DNA of 64,000 nucleotides. Source: Armatimonadia bacterium. GTDB taxonomy: Bacteria > Armatimonadota > Zipacnadia > Zipacnadales > JABUFB01. Shown here in pieces: positions 18,833-26,934 of the stretch; position 1 is the stretch's first letter; each line of letters opens with the position of its first letter. A program made the translations under genes and the position numbers. The stretch lies in assembly GCA_039679385.1 (NCBI GenBank), contig JBDKVB010000168.1, positions 334 through 64,333 on the forward strand, given 5' to 3'. The notes below the pieces were generated by a model. That model was not told the origin of the DNA, ran no database searches, and saw only the letters and a program-made list of their open reading frames with translations.

Positions 18833-19841
18833 GATCCGTGGACTGCGCGAAGACGAGCTTGAGGAGCACGCCGAACTGCTCCACAAGTCCTACGAGGAGT
18901 TCATCACCCAGGGCCGGGGGTTCCTGGCCGCTCCGGACTGGTGGCTGACCAACGTACGTCGCGACCCGTACTACCGCCCTGAGCAGACGCGTGTCCTGTT
19001 GGTGGACGGGCGCATGGTTGCCAGCGTGAGCAACTACGAGCGGCCGATGTACTGCGCCGGGCGGGTGGCGAAGGTTGGGGCGATTGGCAGCGTGGCTACG
19101 CATCCCGATCACCGCCGCAAGGGGTATGCGCGCGAGGTGCTGGCGGAGTCGCTTCGGTGGATGCACAGCAGCGGGTTCGACTTCAGCTTCCTGTTCGGCA
19201 ACTACCAGGTCTACGGCCGTAGCGGCTGGTCGCTCTTGACCGCCCTGGAGATAGCGGCACAGGTGCGCGCTCCACAGGAGGCCGGTGGGCTGAAGGTACG
19301 TCCGGCCCAGTTCCCAGCGGACATCTCCGTGCTGGCGGCTCTGTACGACGAGTTCAATGCTCCCCTGACAGGCCCCTTTGCTCGGTCGCGGGAGTACTGG
19401 GAGAAGCGTGTGACCGGGGGCTACTTCCATGACCGGTCCGTGGAGTTCCGGGTGGTCGAAGACAAGGGCACGCCGGTGGGGTACTTCCGAGGCGCCACGC
19501 CGGGGCAGGTGCCGGAGCTCGCCTGGAAGCGGGGAGACGGCCAGTTGCCCGCAAGGGTTGTGGGAGCCATCCTGGCGCATTGGCCGGAGCTCGAGGAAGT
19601 GCACTTCAGCCTGTACACGCCGGAGCTGCTGGCTGCGCTGAAGCCCTTCGTCTGGGCGCCGTCCTTTGATGCCTGGGGAGTGCGACAGAGCAGTATCCGG
19701 CTGATGGAGAGGTACAAGGGACTGTGGACGTACATCGGGCCGGGAGGCGGAGTGTTCCCCGCGGTTCGCGATACGAACACCCTCCTACGCTTCCTGCGTG
19801 AGAATGACTACGTGTTCTGGAGCGGGGTCGATAGCTTCTAG
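18822..19841 (+). CDS. GNAT family N-acetyltransferase (Eis-like two-domain)
   Basis: GAIGSVATHPDHRRKGYAREVL is the acetyl-CoA binding motif. The ATG overlaps the epimerase stop by 11 nt. Confidence 0.7.
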   Translation: MSFEIRGLREDELEEHAELLHKSYEEFITQGRGFLAAPDWWLTNVRRDPYYRPEQTRVLLVDGRMVASVSNYERPMYCAGRVAKVGAIGSVATHPDHRRKGYAREVLAESLRWMHSSGFDFSFLFGNYQVYGRSGWSLLTALEIAAQVRAPQEAGGLKVRPAQFPADISVLAALYDEFNAPLTGPFARSREYWEKRVTGGYFHDRSVEFRVVEDKGTPVGYFRGATPGQVPELAWKRGDGQLPARVVGAILAHWPELEEVHFSLYTPELLAALKPFVWAPSFDAWGVRQSSIRLMERYKGLWTYIGPGGGVFPAVRDTNTLLRFLRENDYVFWSGVDSF

Positions 19842-20023
19842 GAGACCCCGGGGTTCCGGTACTGCGGCCTGTCAGGACGAGACCTCTCGAGTTCGTCGTC
19901 CCGTGAGGAGGCTCGGCGAAGGAGCGAAGTGACGCAGAGGATCGAGCAGCTCGGCGGGTACACCTACGTGAGCGCCGAGGACCTGCTGCCCTGAGGTCAC
20001 AGGGGCTTTGAGAGGAGCAAGGC

Positions 20024-21766
20024 ATGACCAACGAGGACGTAGCTGCGATTCTCGAGGAAATGGCGGACCTGTTGGAGCTCGCGGACGATAACAGCTTCAA
20101 GGTGCGCAGCTACCGCCGTGCGGCTGAGACGATCAAGGGCCTGGGAGAGGACCTGGCGGGAATTCACGCCAGGGGAGAGCTGGAGACGGTGCCGGGGATC
20201 GGGAAGTCGCTGGCCGAGAGGATCGCCGAGTACCTGGAGACGGGCGAGATCAGCTACCGCCGGGCGCTGCAGGCACGGTTCCCGGAGACGATTCTGACGC
20301 TGCTGCGGATCCCGGGCTTCGGCCCCAAGAAGGTGGGCCTGGTGTACCGGGAGCTGGGGATTGGCAGCGTTGAGGAGCTAGAGCAGGCCGCCCGTGCGCA
20401 CCGCCTGCGTGACCTGAAGGGGATGGGAGCGAAGTCGGAGGAGAACATCCTGAAGGGGATTGCTCTGTACCGCGAGGGGCTTACGCGGACCTTGCTGGGT
20501 GTGGCGCTGCCGCTGGCCGAGGTGCTGGTGGAGGAGTTGCGGTCTCAGCCGGAAGTGATTGCGGCGGAGATGGCGGGCAGTGTGAGGCGCCGGCGCGAGA
20601 CCATCGGCGACCTGGACCTGCTGGCGACCTCGGAGACTGCGGCGACGGTGTGCGCGGCCTTCGCGAAGGGCAAGGACGTGATCGTGGCGGGGGATACGAA
20701 GGTCTCGGTGGCCATGTCGTCGGGGATCAAGGCCGACCTGCGCTGCGTGCCACCGGAGAGCTATGGCGCGGCGCTGTTGTACTTCACCGGCTCAAAGCAG
20801 CACAACATCGACCTGCGCGAGCGGGCCCAGAAGCGGGGCCTGACGCTGAACGAGTACGGGCTGTTCGAGGAGACGGAGGGTGAGAAGGGCCGGCTCGTGG
20901 CCGGGCGTAGTGAGGAGGAGATCTATGCTGCCCTGGGGCTGGCCTGGATTCCGCCGGAGCTGAGGGAGTCGCGTGGTGAGATAGAAGCGGCCGAGAAGGG
21001 GAGCTTACCCGAGTTACTGAAACTGGGGCAAGTGCGGGCCGACCTGCAGATGCACACGACTGGTTCGGATGGGCGGAACTCGCTGGAGGAGATGGCCCGA
21101 GCGTGCATGGAGCGGGGCTACCAGTACATGGCGGTGACGGACCACTCTCCAGCACTGGGTGTTGCCGGTGGTCAGAGCGGGGATCAGTTGCGGGCACAGG
21201 TGGAAGAGCTGCACAAGCTCAATGAGCGCCTGGCCGAGGAGGGGCACGAGTTCAGGGTTCTCGCGGGGCTTGAGGCGGACATCCTGGGAGACGGCCGGCT
21301 GGACATCCCCGCCGGGCTGTACGAGGAGCTGGATATCGTACTCGGCTCCATTCATCAAGGGTTCTCGGCGGACGCGGACAGGATCACGGGCCGGGTTCTC
21401 ACCGCCATGGAGAGCGGTCAGATGGATGTCTTCGCGCACCCGACGGGAAGGCTTCTCTTGGGACGCGAGGCCTACGGGATCCATCTCGAGCCGGTGATTG
21501 AGGCGGCCGTGCATCACCGGATCGCGCTGGAGATCAACGCCTCGCCGCAGCGCCTCGACCTGAACGATGCTCACGCTCGCCTCGCGCAGGAACGTGGGGC
21601 GCTGATCACGATCAACACGGATGCGCACCGGGTCTCGCACCTGGATTTCATGCAGTATGGAGTCATGACGGCCCGCCGGGGCTGGATACGACCAGAGACG
21701 GTGATCAATACGTGGAAGCTACCAAGGCTGCAGCAATGGCTGCGGGAACGAAGAGGGAAAGCATGA
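20024..21766 (+). CDS. polX: DNA polymerase/3'-5' exonuclease PolX (Pol beta-like core plus PHP domain)
   Basis: HhH motifs GIGKSLAERI and PGFGPKKV, and the nucleotidyltransferase motif GSVRRRRETIGDLDLL. The C-terminal PHP domain carries MHTTGSDG and INTDAHRV. Confidence 0.9.
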   Translation: MTNEDVAAILEEMADLLELADDNSFKVRSYRRAAETIKGLGEDLAGIHARGELETVPGIGKSLAERIAEYLETGEISYRRALQARFPETILTLLRIPGFGPKKVGLVYRELGIGSVEELEQAARAHRLRDLKGMGAKSEENILKGIALYREGLTRTLLGVALPLAEVLVEELRSQPEVIAAEMAGSVRRRRETIGDLDLLATSETAATVCAAFAKGKDVIVAGDTKVSVAMSSGIKADLRCVPPESYGAALLYFTGSKQHNIDLRERAQKRGLTLNEYGLFEETEGEKGRLVAGRSEEEIYAALGLAWIPPELRESRGEIEAAEKGSLPELLKLGQVRADLQMHTTGSDGRNSLEEMARACMERGYQYMAVTDHSPALGVAGGQSGDQLRAQVEELHKLNERLAEEGHEFRVLAGLEADILGDGRLDIPAGLYEELDIVLGSIHQGFSADADRITGRVLTAMESGQMDVFAHPTGRLLLGREAYGIHLEPVIEAAVHHRIALEINASPQRLDLNDAHARLAQERGALITINTDAHRVSHLDFMQYGVMTARRGWIRPETVINTWKLPRLQQWLRERRGKA

Positions 21767-23694
21767 ACCAAGACGCGAAGGACAGGCGGAGAAGCCGAAG
21801 ACACTCTCTTGCGGGAGGGGTGTGCGTACTGATGGTGCTCCTGGCCTGCGCGGTGCCGAGTCTCGCTCAGCCTCCGAAGCTTCCGCAGGACGTGGAGCTC
21901 ACCAATCCGGGCTTTGAGGAGGGGAAGAAGGGCTGGTCGGACTCGGCCTTCACCAAGTGGCCGAAGCTGGTTGCGCTGGACAATCAGGTGGCGCATGGCG
22001 GGCATGCGTCACTGCGGATCAGCAGCGAACGCGGCTCGGAGAACCCCTTTGTCGGCACCGGTGCGAAGGACCTTCAGGGAAGCGCGACCTATGCCTTCCG
22101 AACTTGGGCGAAGTGTGACCCGACGGTCAGGGGGAACGTGGCGGCCGTGAAGATCGAGTACTACAACGCGGCGGGCCAGAACACCTCGGGGTACTACACG
22201 CGGCTGTCGCTGCCGACCGATGGGCAGTGGGTGCCGCTGGAAGTCCGGGCGAAGGCGGATCCGGACACGGTGCGGGCGAGCCTGCTGCTGCGGCTGTTCG
22301 GCGTCGGGCGGGTATGGTTCGATGACGTGCAGTGCCAGATGGTAGCGCTGGCGCCGAAGGTGACGCTGTCGCCGGAGCGTCAGGTGATTCCGGCCGGGAA
22401 GGACCGGGAGATACCGTTGACGGTGCGGCTCGCCAAGCCGGTGGAAGGCGATGGGTTGCCTGCGCTCAAGTTCACTGTTCTCACTCCTCCGGACGGCACA
22501 CCCTATCAGCCGGAGGCAGCACTGAAGCGGGTTGATGGGCGGACCTTCGAGGCAGTGGCGAAGATGCCGACCATGGTGTCCGGGGCCTACCAGGTCGAGT
22601 GTGCGCTCGGAGAGGATCGTGGCAGTGTGCGGGTGTTCGTGCCCGTGGAGAAGCGGCAGCCGCGGTTCCTCACCGACACCGGCACGATCCTGGTCGACGG
22701 CAAGCCGTTCTTCCCGATCGGCATCTACCACGTGGGGACCTCCCAGTATCCGGAGCTTGCACGTCGGGGCTTCAACTGCGTCCAGGGGGTCTCCTCGATG
22801 GACCTGGAGATCTTCGGGAAGGGTCTGGATGCCGCTCAGAAGTCGCGGATCATGATGGATGTGCCGCTGTATGCCGGGGGCCAGGTTGCGCGGAATCTGC
22901 AGGGCTCGCTGCGGAAGCTCAACCAGTACCGGAGACATGCGGCGGTGCTGAACTGGAAGATCATTGACGAGCCGGAGATCCGGCCGGAGATCATGGATGA
23001 GGTGCCGGGGGTCTACCAGACGCTGAAGTCCGTTGACCCCGACCACCCGCTGTTGCTGACCCTGTGCCAGCCCGACCAGTATTCGTACTGGGTGAGCTTC
23101 GCCGACATCGTCCAGGTCGACCCGTATCCGATTCCCAGCAAGCCGCTGACGCTGGTGTCGGACTGCGTGGCGGGCGTGAAGAAGCACATGGCACCGTGGC
23201 AGAATCTGACGGCGGTGCTGCAGGCGGGCTGGATCGCCGACCCAAGTAACCAGCCGAGCTATGCGCAGGCGCGGGTGATGCTGTATCTGGCGCTGGTGAA
23301 GGGTGCGAAGGGCATCTTCTGGTACTCCTATTCGGATCCTGGCTGGGACCTGTCGAAGACGGCGCTGTGGGATCGGTTCGCCGACCTCAATGCGGAGACG
23401 GCGCAACTGGCGACGCCGATCATGGAGGGCAGAGAGGTTCCGGGGGTGAAGGTGGAGACCAGCAAGCCGGGCGTGCAATGGCTGGCCCGGGAGCTTGCTG
23501 ACCGAGTGTATGTGTTGCTGGTGAACCCCACCGACAAGAGCATCTCGGTCACGGTCGACCCTGGCAGGTCCATGGGGTGCGGTCCGTGTCTGAAGGGCAA
23601 GCCGCCGGTCGTCAAGGAAGGCAAGGCAACGGTGGAGATTCCGTCCCTGGGCGCGGACACGGTGATCTTCACCACGCCGCCGCCGGGGCAGTAG
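21763..23694 (+). CDS. secreted carbohydrate-binding module plus TIM-barrel glycoside hydrolase-like protein
   Basis: The ATG overlaps the polX stop (ATGA). Signal peptide VCVLMVLLACAVPSLAQ. N-terminal CBM_4_9-like beta-sandwich (FEEGKKGW...HGGHASLRI). C-terminal DGKPFFPIGIY and IIDEPE motifs. Confidence 0.55.
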   Translation: MNQDAKDRRRSRRHSLAGGVCVLMVLLACAVPSLAQPPKLPQDVELTNPGFEEGKKGWSDSAFTKWPKLVALDNQVAHGGHASLRISSERGSENPFVGTGAKDLQGSATYAFRTWAKCDPTVRGNVAAVKIEYYNAAGQNTSGYYTRLSLPTDGQWVPLEVRAKADPDTVRASLLLRLFGVGRVWFDDVQCQMVALAPKVTLSPERQVIPAGKDREIPLTVRLAKPVEGDGLPALKFTVLTPPDGTPYQPEAALKRVDGRTFEAVAKMPTMVSGAYQVECALGEDRGSVRVFVPVEKRQPRFLTDTGTILVDGKPFFPIGIYHVGTSQYPELARRGFNCVQGVSSMDLEIFGKGLDAAQKSRIMMDVPLYAGGQVARNLQGSLRKLNQYRRHAAVLNWKIIDEPEIRPEIMDEVPGVYQTLKSVDPDHPLLLTLCQPDQYSYWVSFADIVQVDPYPIPSKPLTLVSDCVAGVKKHMAPWQNLTAVLQAGWIADPSNQPSYAQARVMLYLALVKGAKGIFWYSYSDPGWDLSKTALWDRFADLNAETAQLATPIMEGREVPGVKVETSKPGVQWLARELADRVYVLLVNPTDKSISVTVDPGRSMGCGPCLKGKPPVVKEGKATVEIPSLGADTVIFTTPPPGQ

Positions 23695-23761
23695 TGCAAG
23701 GGTCTTTGCCGGGGAAGCGGAGCAGTCGCACCATATCTGGGCTGAGGAGCTGCGAGTCAAG

Positions 23762-24586
23762 ATGATCGACTGTCACTTGCACATTGGGCACTTCGAGCGC
23801 TCGCCGCAGGACACGATCAACCATATGGACGGTATCGGCGCGTGCTGCGCTTACGTGATGGCGGTAGAGGATCGCGACCGCCTGCCGGGCCATCCCACCG
23901 AGGCCGTGCTGGCGCTGGCCAAGGACTTCCCCGCCAGGGTTCTGCCGGGCTGCTGTGTGGACCCGCGGGACGAGAACGCCCTGGAGCGGGTTCGAAAGTA
24001 CCATGAGCAAGGCTGCGTGGGCTTCGGGGAGCTGAAGGTTGGCCTGGCGTGCAACGATCCGCGTTCGGTTGCCATTTTCAAGCTGTGCGCCGAGCTGGGG
24101 ATGCCTGTGACCCTGCACTTCGAGGAGCACAACTACAACACGGATTTCGGCGCCTTCGAGGAAGTGCTGAACACCTGCCCGAACACCGTGTTCATCGGCC
24201 ATGCGCAGACGTGGTGGGCGAACCTCAGCGGAAAGGTGCCGGAGGGCGACTACTACCCGCAGGGCAAGGTGACACCGGGCGGCCTGGTTGACCACTGGCT
24301 GCGGGACTACCCGAACCTGTATGGTGATCTCTCGGCCGGCTCGGGTCTGAATGCGCTGACGCGCGACCCGGACTTCACTCCCGGGTTCCTCGACCGCCAC
24401 GAGCGCAAGCTGCTGTTCGCCACCGACTGCCCGTGCATCGACGGGAAGGGCACTGGTTGGCCGAACAACATGTGCTTCGCGGCGGAGTCGGTGCCGGCGC
24501 TGGAGCGCTTCAGCTCCGGTGAAAAGGCACTGAACAACATCCTGCACAACAATGCGGCACGGCTCTTCGGCCAGCCGCTGATCTAG
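23762..24586 (+). CDS. amidohydrolase-family metal-dependent hydrolase (TIM barrel)
   Basis: MIDCHLHIGHF is the HxH metal ligand motif. A conserved Asp follows in FATDCP. Confidence 0.75.
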   Translation: MIDCHLHIGHFERSPQDTINHMDGIGACCAYVMAVEDRDRLPGHPTEAVLALAKDFPARVLPGCCVDPRDENALERVRKYHEQGCVGFGELKVGLACNDPRSVAIFKLCAELGMPVTLHFEEHNYNTDFGAFEEVLNTCPNTVFIGHAQTWWANLSGKVPEGDYYPQGKVTPGGLVDHWLRDYPNLYGDLSAGSGLNALTRDPDFTPGFLDRHERKLLFATDCPCIDGKGTGWPNNMCFAAESVPALERFSSGEKALNNILHNNAARLFGQPLI

Positions 24587-24682
24587 AGGGCACCGGTCGC
24601 AGCCAAGGAAGGACATGCCGCTGAAGGCGGCGAAGGAGCCTGCGCACACCGCCTTACCAGCACCTGCCCAGGAGGTCTCACC

Positions 24683-25612
24683 ATGCCGTTCACGCCTGCT
24701 CTGGCCAAGTTCATCGACTTTCAGGATCCGAAGGAATGCGCCCGGGTACGGGCGATCAAGCGCAGTCAGATCACCAAGACGCAGCCCTGGGCACACAAGG
24801 ACTTCAAGATCCAAGTGATCGAGGGCACAGAGGAGTTCTACGCGGCCTTCGCCCTGGACATTGTGAAGCGCATCGTTCAGGCTCGAGAGGAAGGCCGCCA
24901 GTGCACCTTCATCCTACCGGTGGGGCCGGTTCCGCAGTACGCCATCGCCACGCGGATCATCAACGCGCTGAAGATCGACTGCTCGCACCTGGTCACCTTC
25001 AACATGGACGAGTATGCCGATGAGAACGGCCAGTCGGCACCGGCAGAGTGGGAAGGCAGCTTTGCCACTGCGATGCAGGCCAACTTCTTCGCGCGGATCG
25101 AGAAGAAGCTGCGGCCGAAACCGGAGAACATCCACTTCCCGAGCAGCGCGAACATCAAGGACTACTCGAAGATGATTGCGGACGCCGGGGAGGCCGACTG
25201 CTGCTACGGCGGCATCGGCTGGTGCGGCCACATCGCGTTCTGGGAGGCAAGCCTGGGCGCCGAGTACAAGTCGGACGCAGAGTGGAAGAAGGCGTGTGCC
25301 CGGATCGTCGAGCTCACGCCGATGACGATCATGCAAAACGCGCTGCACTCCTTCGGAGCGGACTGGAGCTGGGTGCCGCCGATGGCCTGCAGCATCGGCC
25401 CGCGGGATATCCTGGCAGCAAGACATCGCAGCTTCTGGCTGGACGGGATGTGCGGAGCGGGCACGACGATGTCGTGGCAGCGCTTCATCGCACGTCTGGC
25501 CGCTCATGTGAAGCCGACCCGGTTCGTTCCGGGCTCCGTGCTGCAGACCGTGCCGACCGACTACACGATCCTGGGCGGCGTCGCCGATGACGTGAAGATC
25601 GAGATGTCCTAG
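24683..25612 (+). CDS. glucosamine-6-phosphate deaminase/isomerase (NagB)-like protein, long subfamily
   Basis: VTFNMDEYADENG and YGGIGWCGHIAFWE match NagB motifs VTFNMDEY and GGVGNDGHIAFNE. 309 aa. Paralog of 49812-50783. Confidence 0.65.
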   Translation: MPFTPALAKFIDFQDPKECARVRAIKRSQITKTQPWAHKDFKIQVIEGTEEFYAAFALDIVKRIVQAREEGRQCTFILPVGPVPQYAIATRIINALKIDCSHLVTFNMDEYADENGQSAPAEWEGSFATAMQANFFARIEKKLRPKPENIHFPSSANIKDYSKMIADAGEADCCYGGIGWCGHIAFWEASLGAEYKSDAEWKKACARIVELTPMTIMQNALHSFGADWSWVPPMACSIGPRDILAARHRSFWLDGMCGAGTTMSWQRFIARLAAHVKPTRFVPGSVLQTVPTDYTILGGVADDVKIEMS

Positions 25613-25788
25613 GGCCGCAGGGTGTCTGCGGTGAGTTGCTCACCTGCGCGCGGACTCCCGAGGGAGCAGGTCTTCCTCCCGGGGTCCGCGCGTTTTCGTG
25701 AGGGTTAGCTGCTGAGAGGAAGGGCGACGGACCGAGCCTCCTGGCACTGGCGGAGGAGAAGGGGTCGTGAGCCGCGAAGTACAAAAGT

Positions 25789-26934
25789 ATGAGTATGATA
25801 CGTCTCTTGCATCTTGCGGACGTTCACCTGGGCGGGTCAGGACCGGCCTTCGGCAAGCGTGTTCGCGACCATCAGCGGAAGCTTCAGGAGGCTTTCGCCC
25901 GCTGCATCGACGTGGCCCTGCGGGAGCGCGTCGACGCGGTTTGCATTGCGGGCGACCTGTTCGACGCTCGCCGACCCAGTGAGCGTGTGCTGCAGTTTTG
26001 CGTGCAGCAGCTACGACGTCTTGCGGAAGTCGCCCCCCCGATCGAGTGTTTCCTGCTCCCCGGCACCCATGACTGCCTCGATGCGCAAAGCGTGTATCGT
26101 CGTCCGGAGTTCCGACTTCCGGGGCTGCACGTGTGGGCAGAGTCGGGACCGGCGACCTTTCGCACCGCCGACGGGCGCCTGGCAGTTCATGGCAACCCGC
26201 AGGGAGTTGGGAGGAGCCAGTACCATCCACTGGCCGGTCTGCGACCCGATCCGACGGCGGCGGCGAACGTCGCTGTGGCTCATGGTTCGGTGGCGCTCCA
26301 GGGGATCACTGACGAAGACAGCGCGATCATCGCCCCGGAGGAGATCGCGGCGAGTGGGATGGATTACGTCGCGCTGGGACACTGGCATGACCTGAGCGAC
26401 TACTCCTACGGCGGCGTGAAAGCTGCCTACAGCGGGTCGCCCGAAGTGGTTCTCGTTACCCAACGGGGCAGTGGTGGCGCCAACCTGGTGACGATCTCGG
26501 AAACCGGGACGACGCTGGAGCGGGTCACGACGGGAACGCTGCGGTGCGATGCTCTGGAGCTGTCGCCTGAGACGTACCCGGATGAGGCGGCGATTGCGGA
26601 GGCCGTTCGCCTGCAGGCGCATCCTGATCTGATCCTTGAGGTGAAGGTCTCGGGAATGGCGCCGGAGGGGTTCACGCTGGACGTCGCACGGCTGCAGGAG
26701 GAACTCGCGCCGAGCTTCTTCCGACTGCGAATCACAGACGAGAGTGTGCCGCCGCTGTCGGAGGCTCAGAAGTCGGGTGTCGCCCAGCAGCTCATTGCTG
26801 CGCGAGCGATTTCGGCTTTCCAGGAGCGGATCAACCAGGCACGCCAGGCCCAGGACCCTGAGGCCGAGCGGATCGCGACACGGGCCCTGCAGCTCTCCGT
26901 GGCGCTGTTCGCCGGCAAGGAGGTGCTGAGATGA
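25789..26934 (+). CDS. sbcD: DNA repair exonuclease SbcD/Mre11-like metallophosphoesterase
   Basis: IRLLHLADVHLG, CIAGDLFD and GTHDC are calcineurin-like motifs. Confidence 0.8.
   Translation: MSMIRLLHLADVHLGGSGPAFGKRVRDHQRKLQEAFARCIDVALRERVDAVCIAGDLFDARRPSERVLQFCVQQLRRLAEVAPPIECFLLPGTHDCLDAQSVYRRPEFRLPGLHVWAESGPATFRTADGRLAVHGNPQGVGRSQYHPLAGLRPDPTAAANVAVAHGSVALQGITDEDSAIIAPEEIAASGMDYVALGHWHDLSDYSYGGVKAAYSGSPEVVLVTQRGSGGANLVTISETGTTLERVTTGTLRCDALELSPETYPDEAAIAEAVRLQAHPDLILEVKVSGMAPEGFTLDVARLQEELAPSFFRLRITDESVPPLSEAQKSGVAQQLIAARAISAFQERINQARQAQDPEAERIATRALQLSVALFAGKEVLR

Noticed and set aside
22009-23760. 583-aa antisense ORF opposite the GH-like gene. Similar long antisense ORFs at 50348-52258, 55449-58211, 12748-14109, 14039-15736 and 8537-9832.
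   Set aside because: Typical high-GC stop-codon-free artefacts. Translations are Arg/Pro/Ala-rich low complexity and fully overlap well-supported genes on the other strand.
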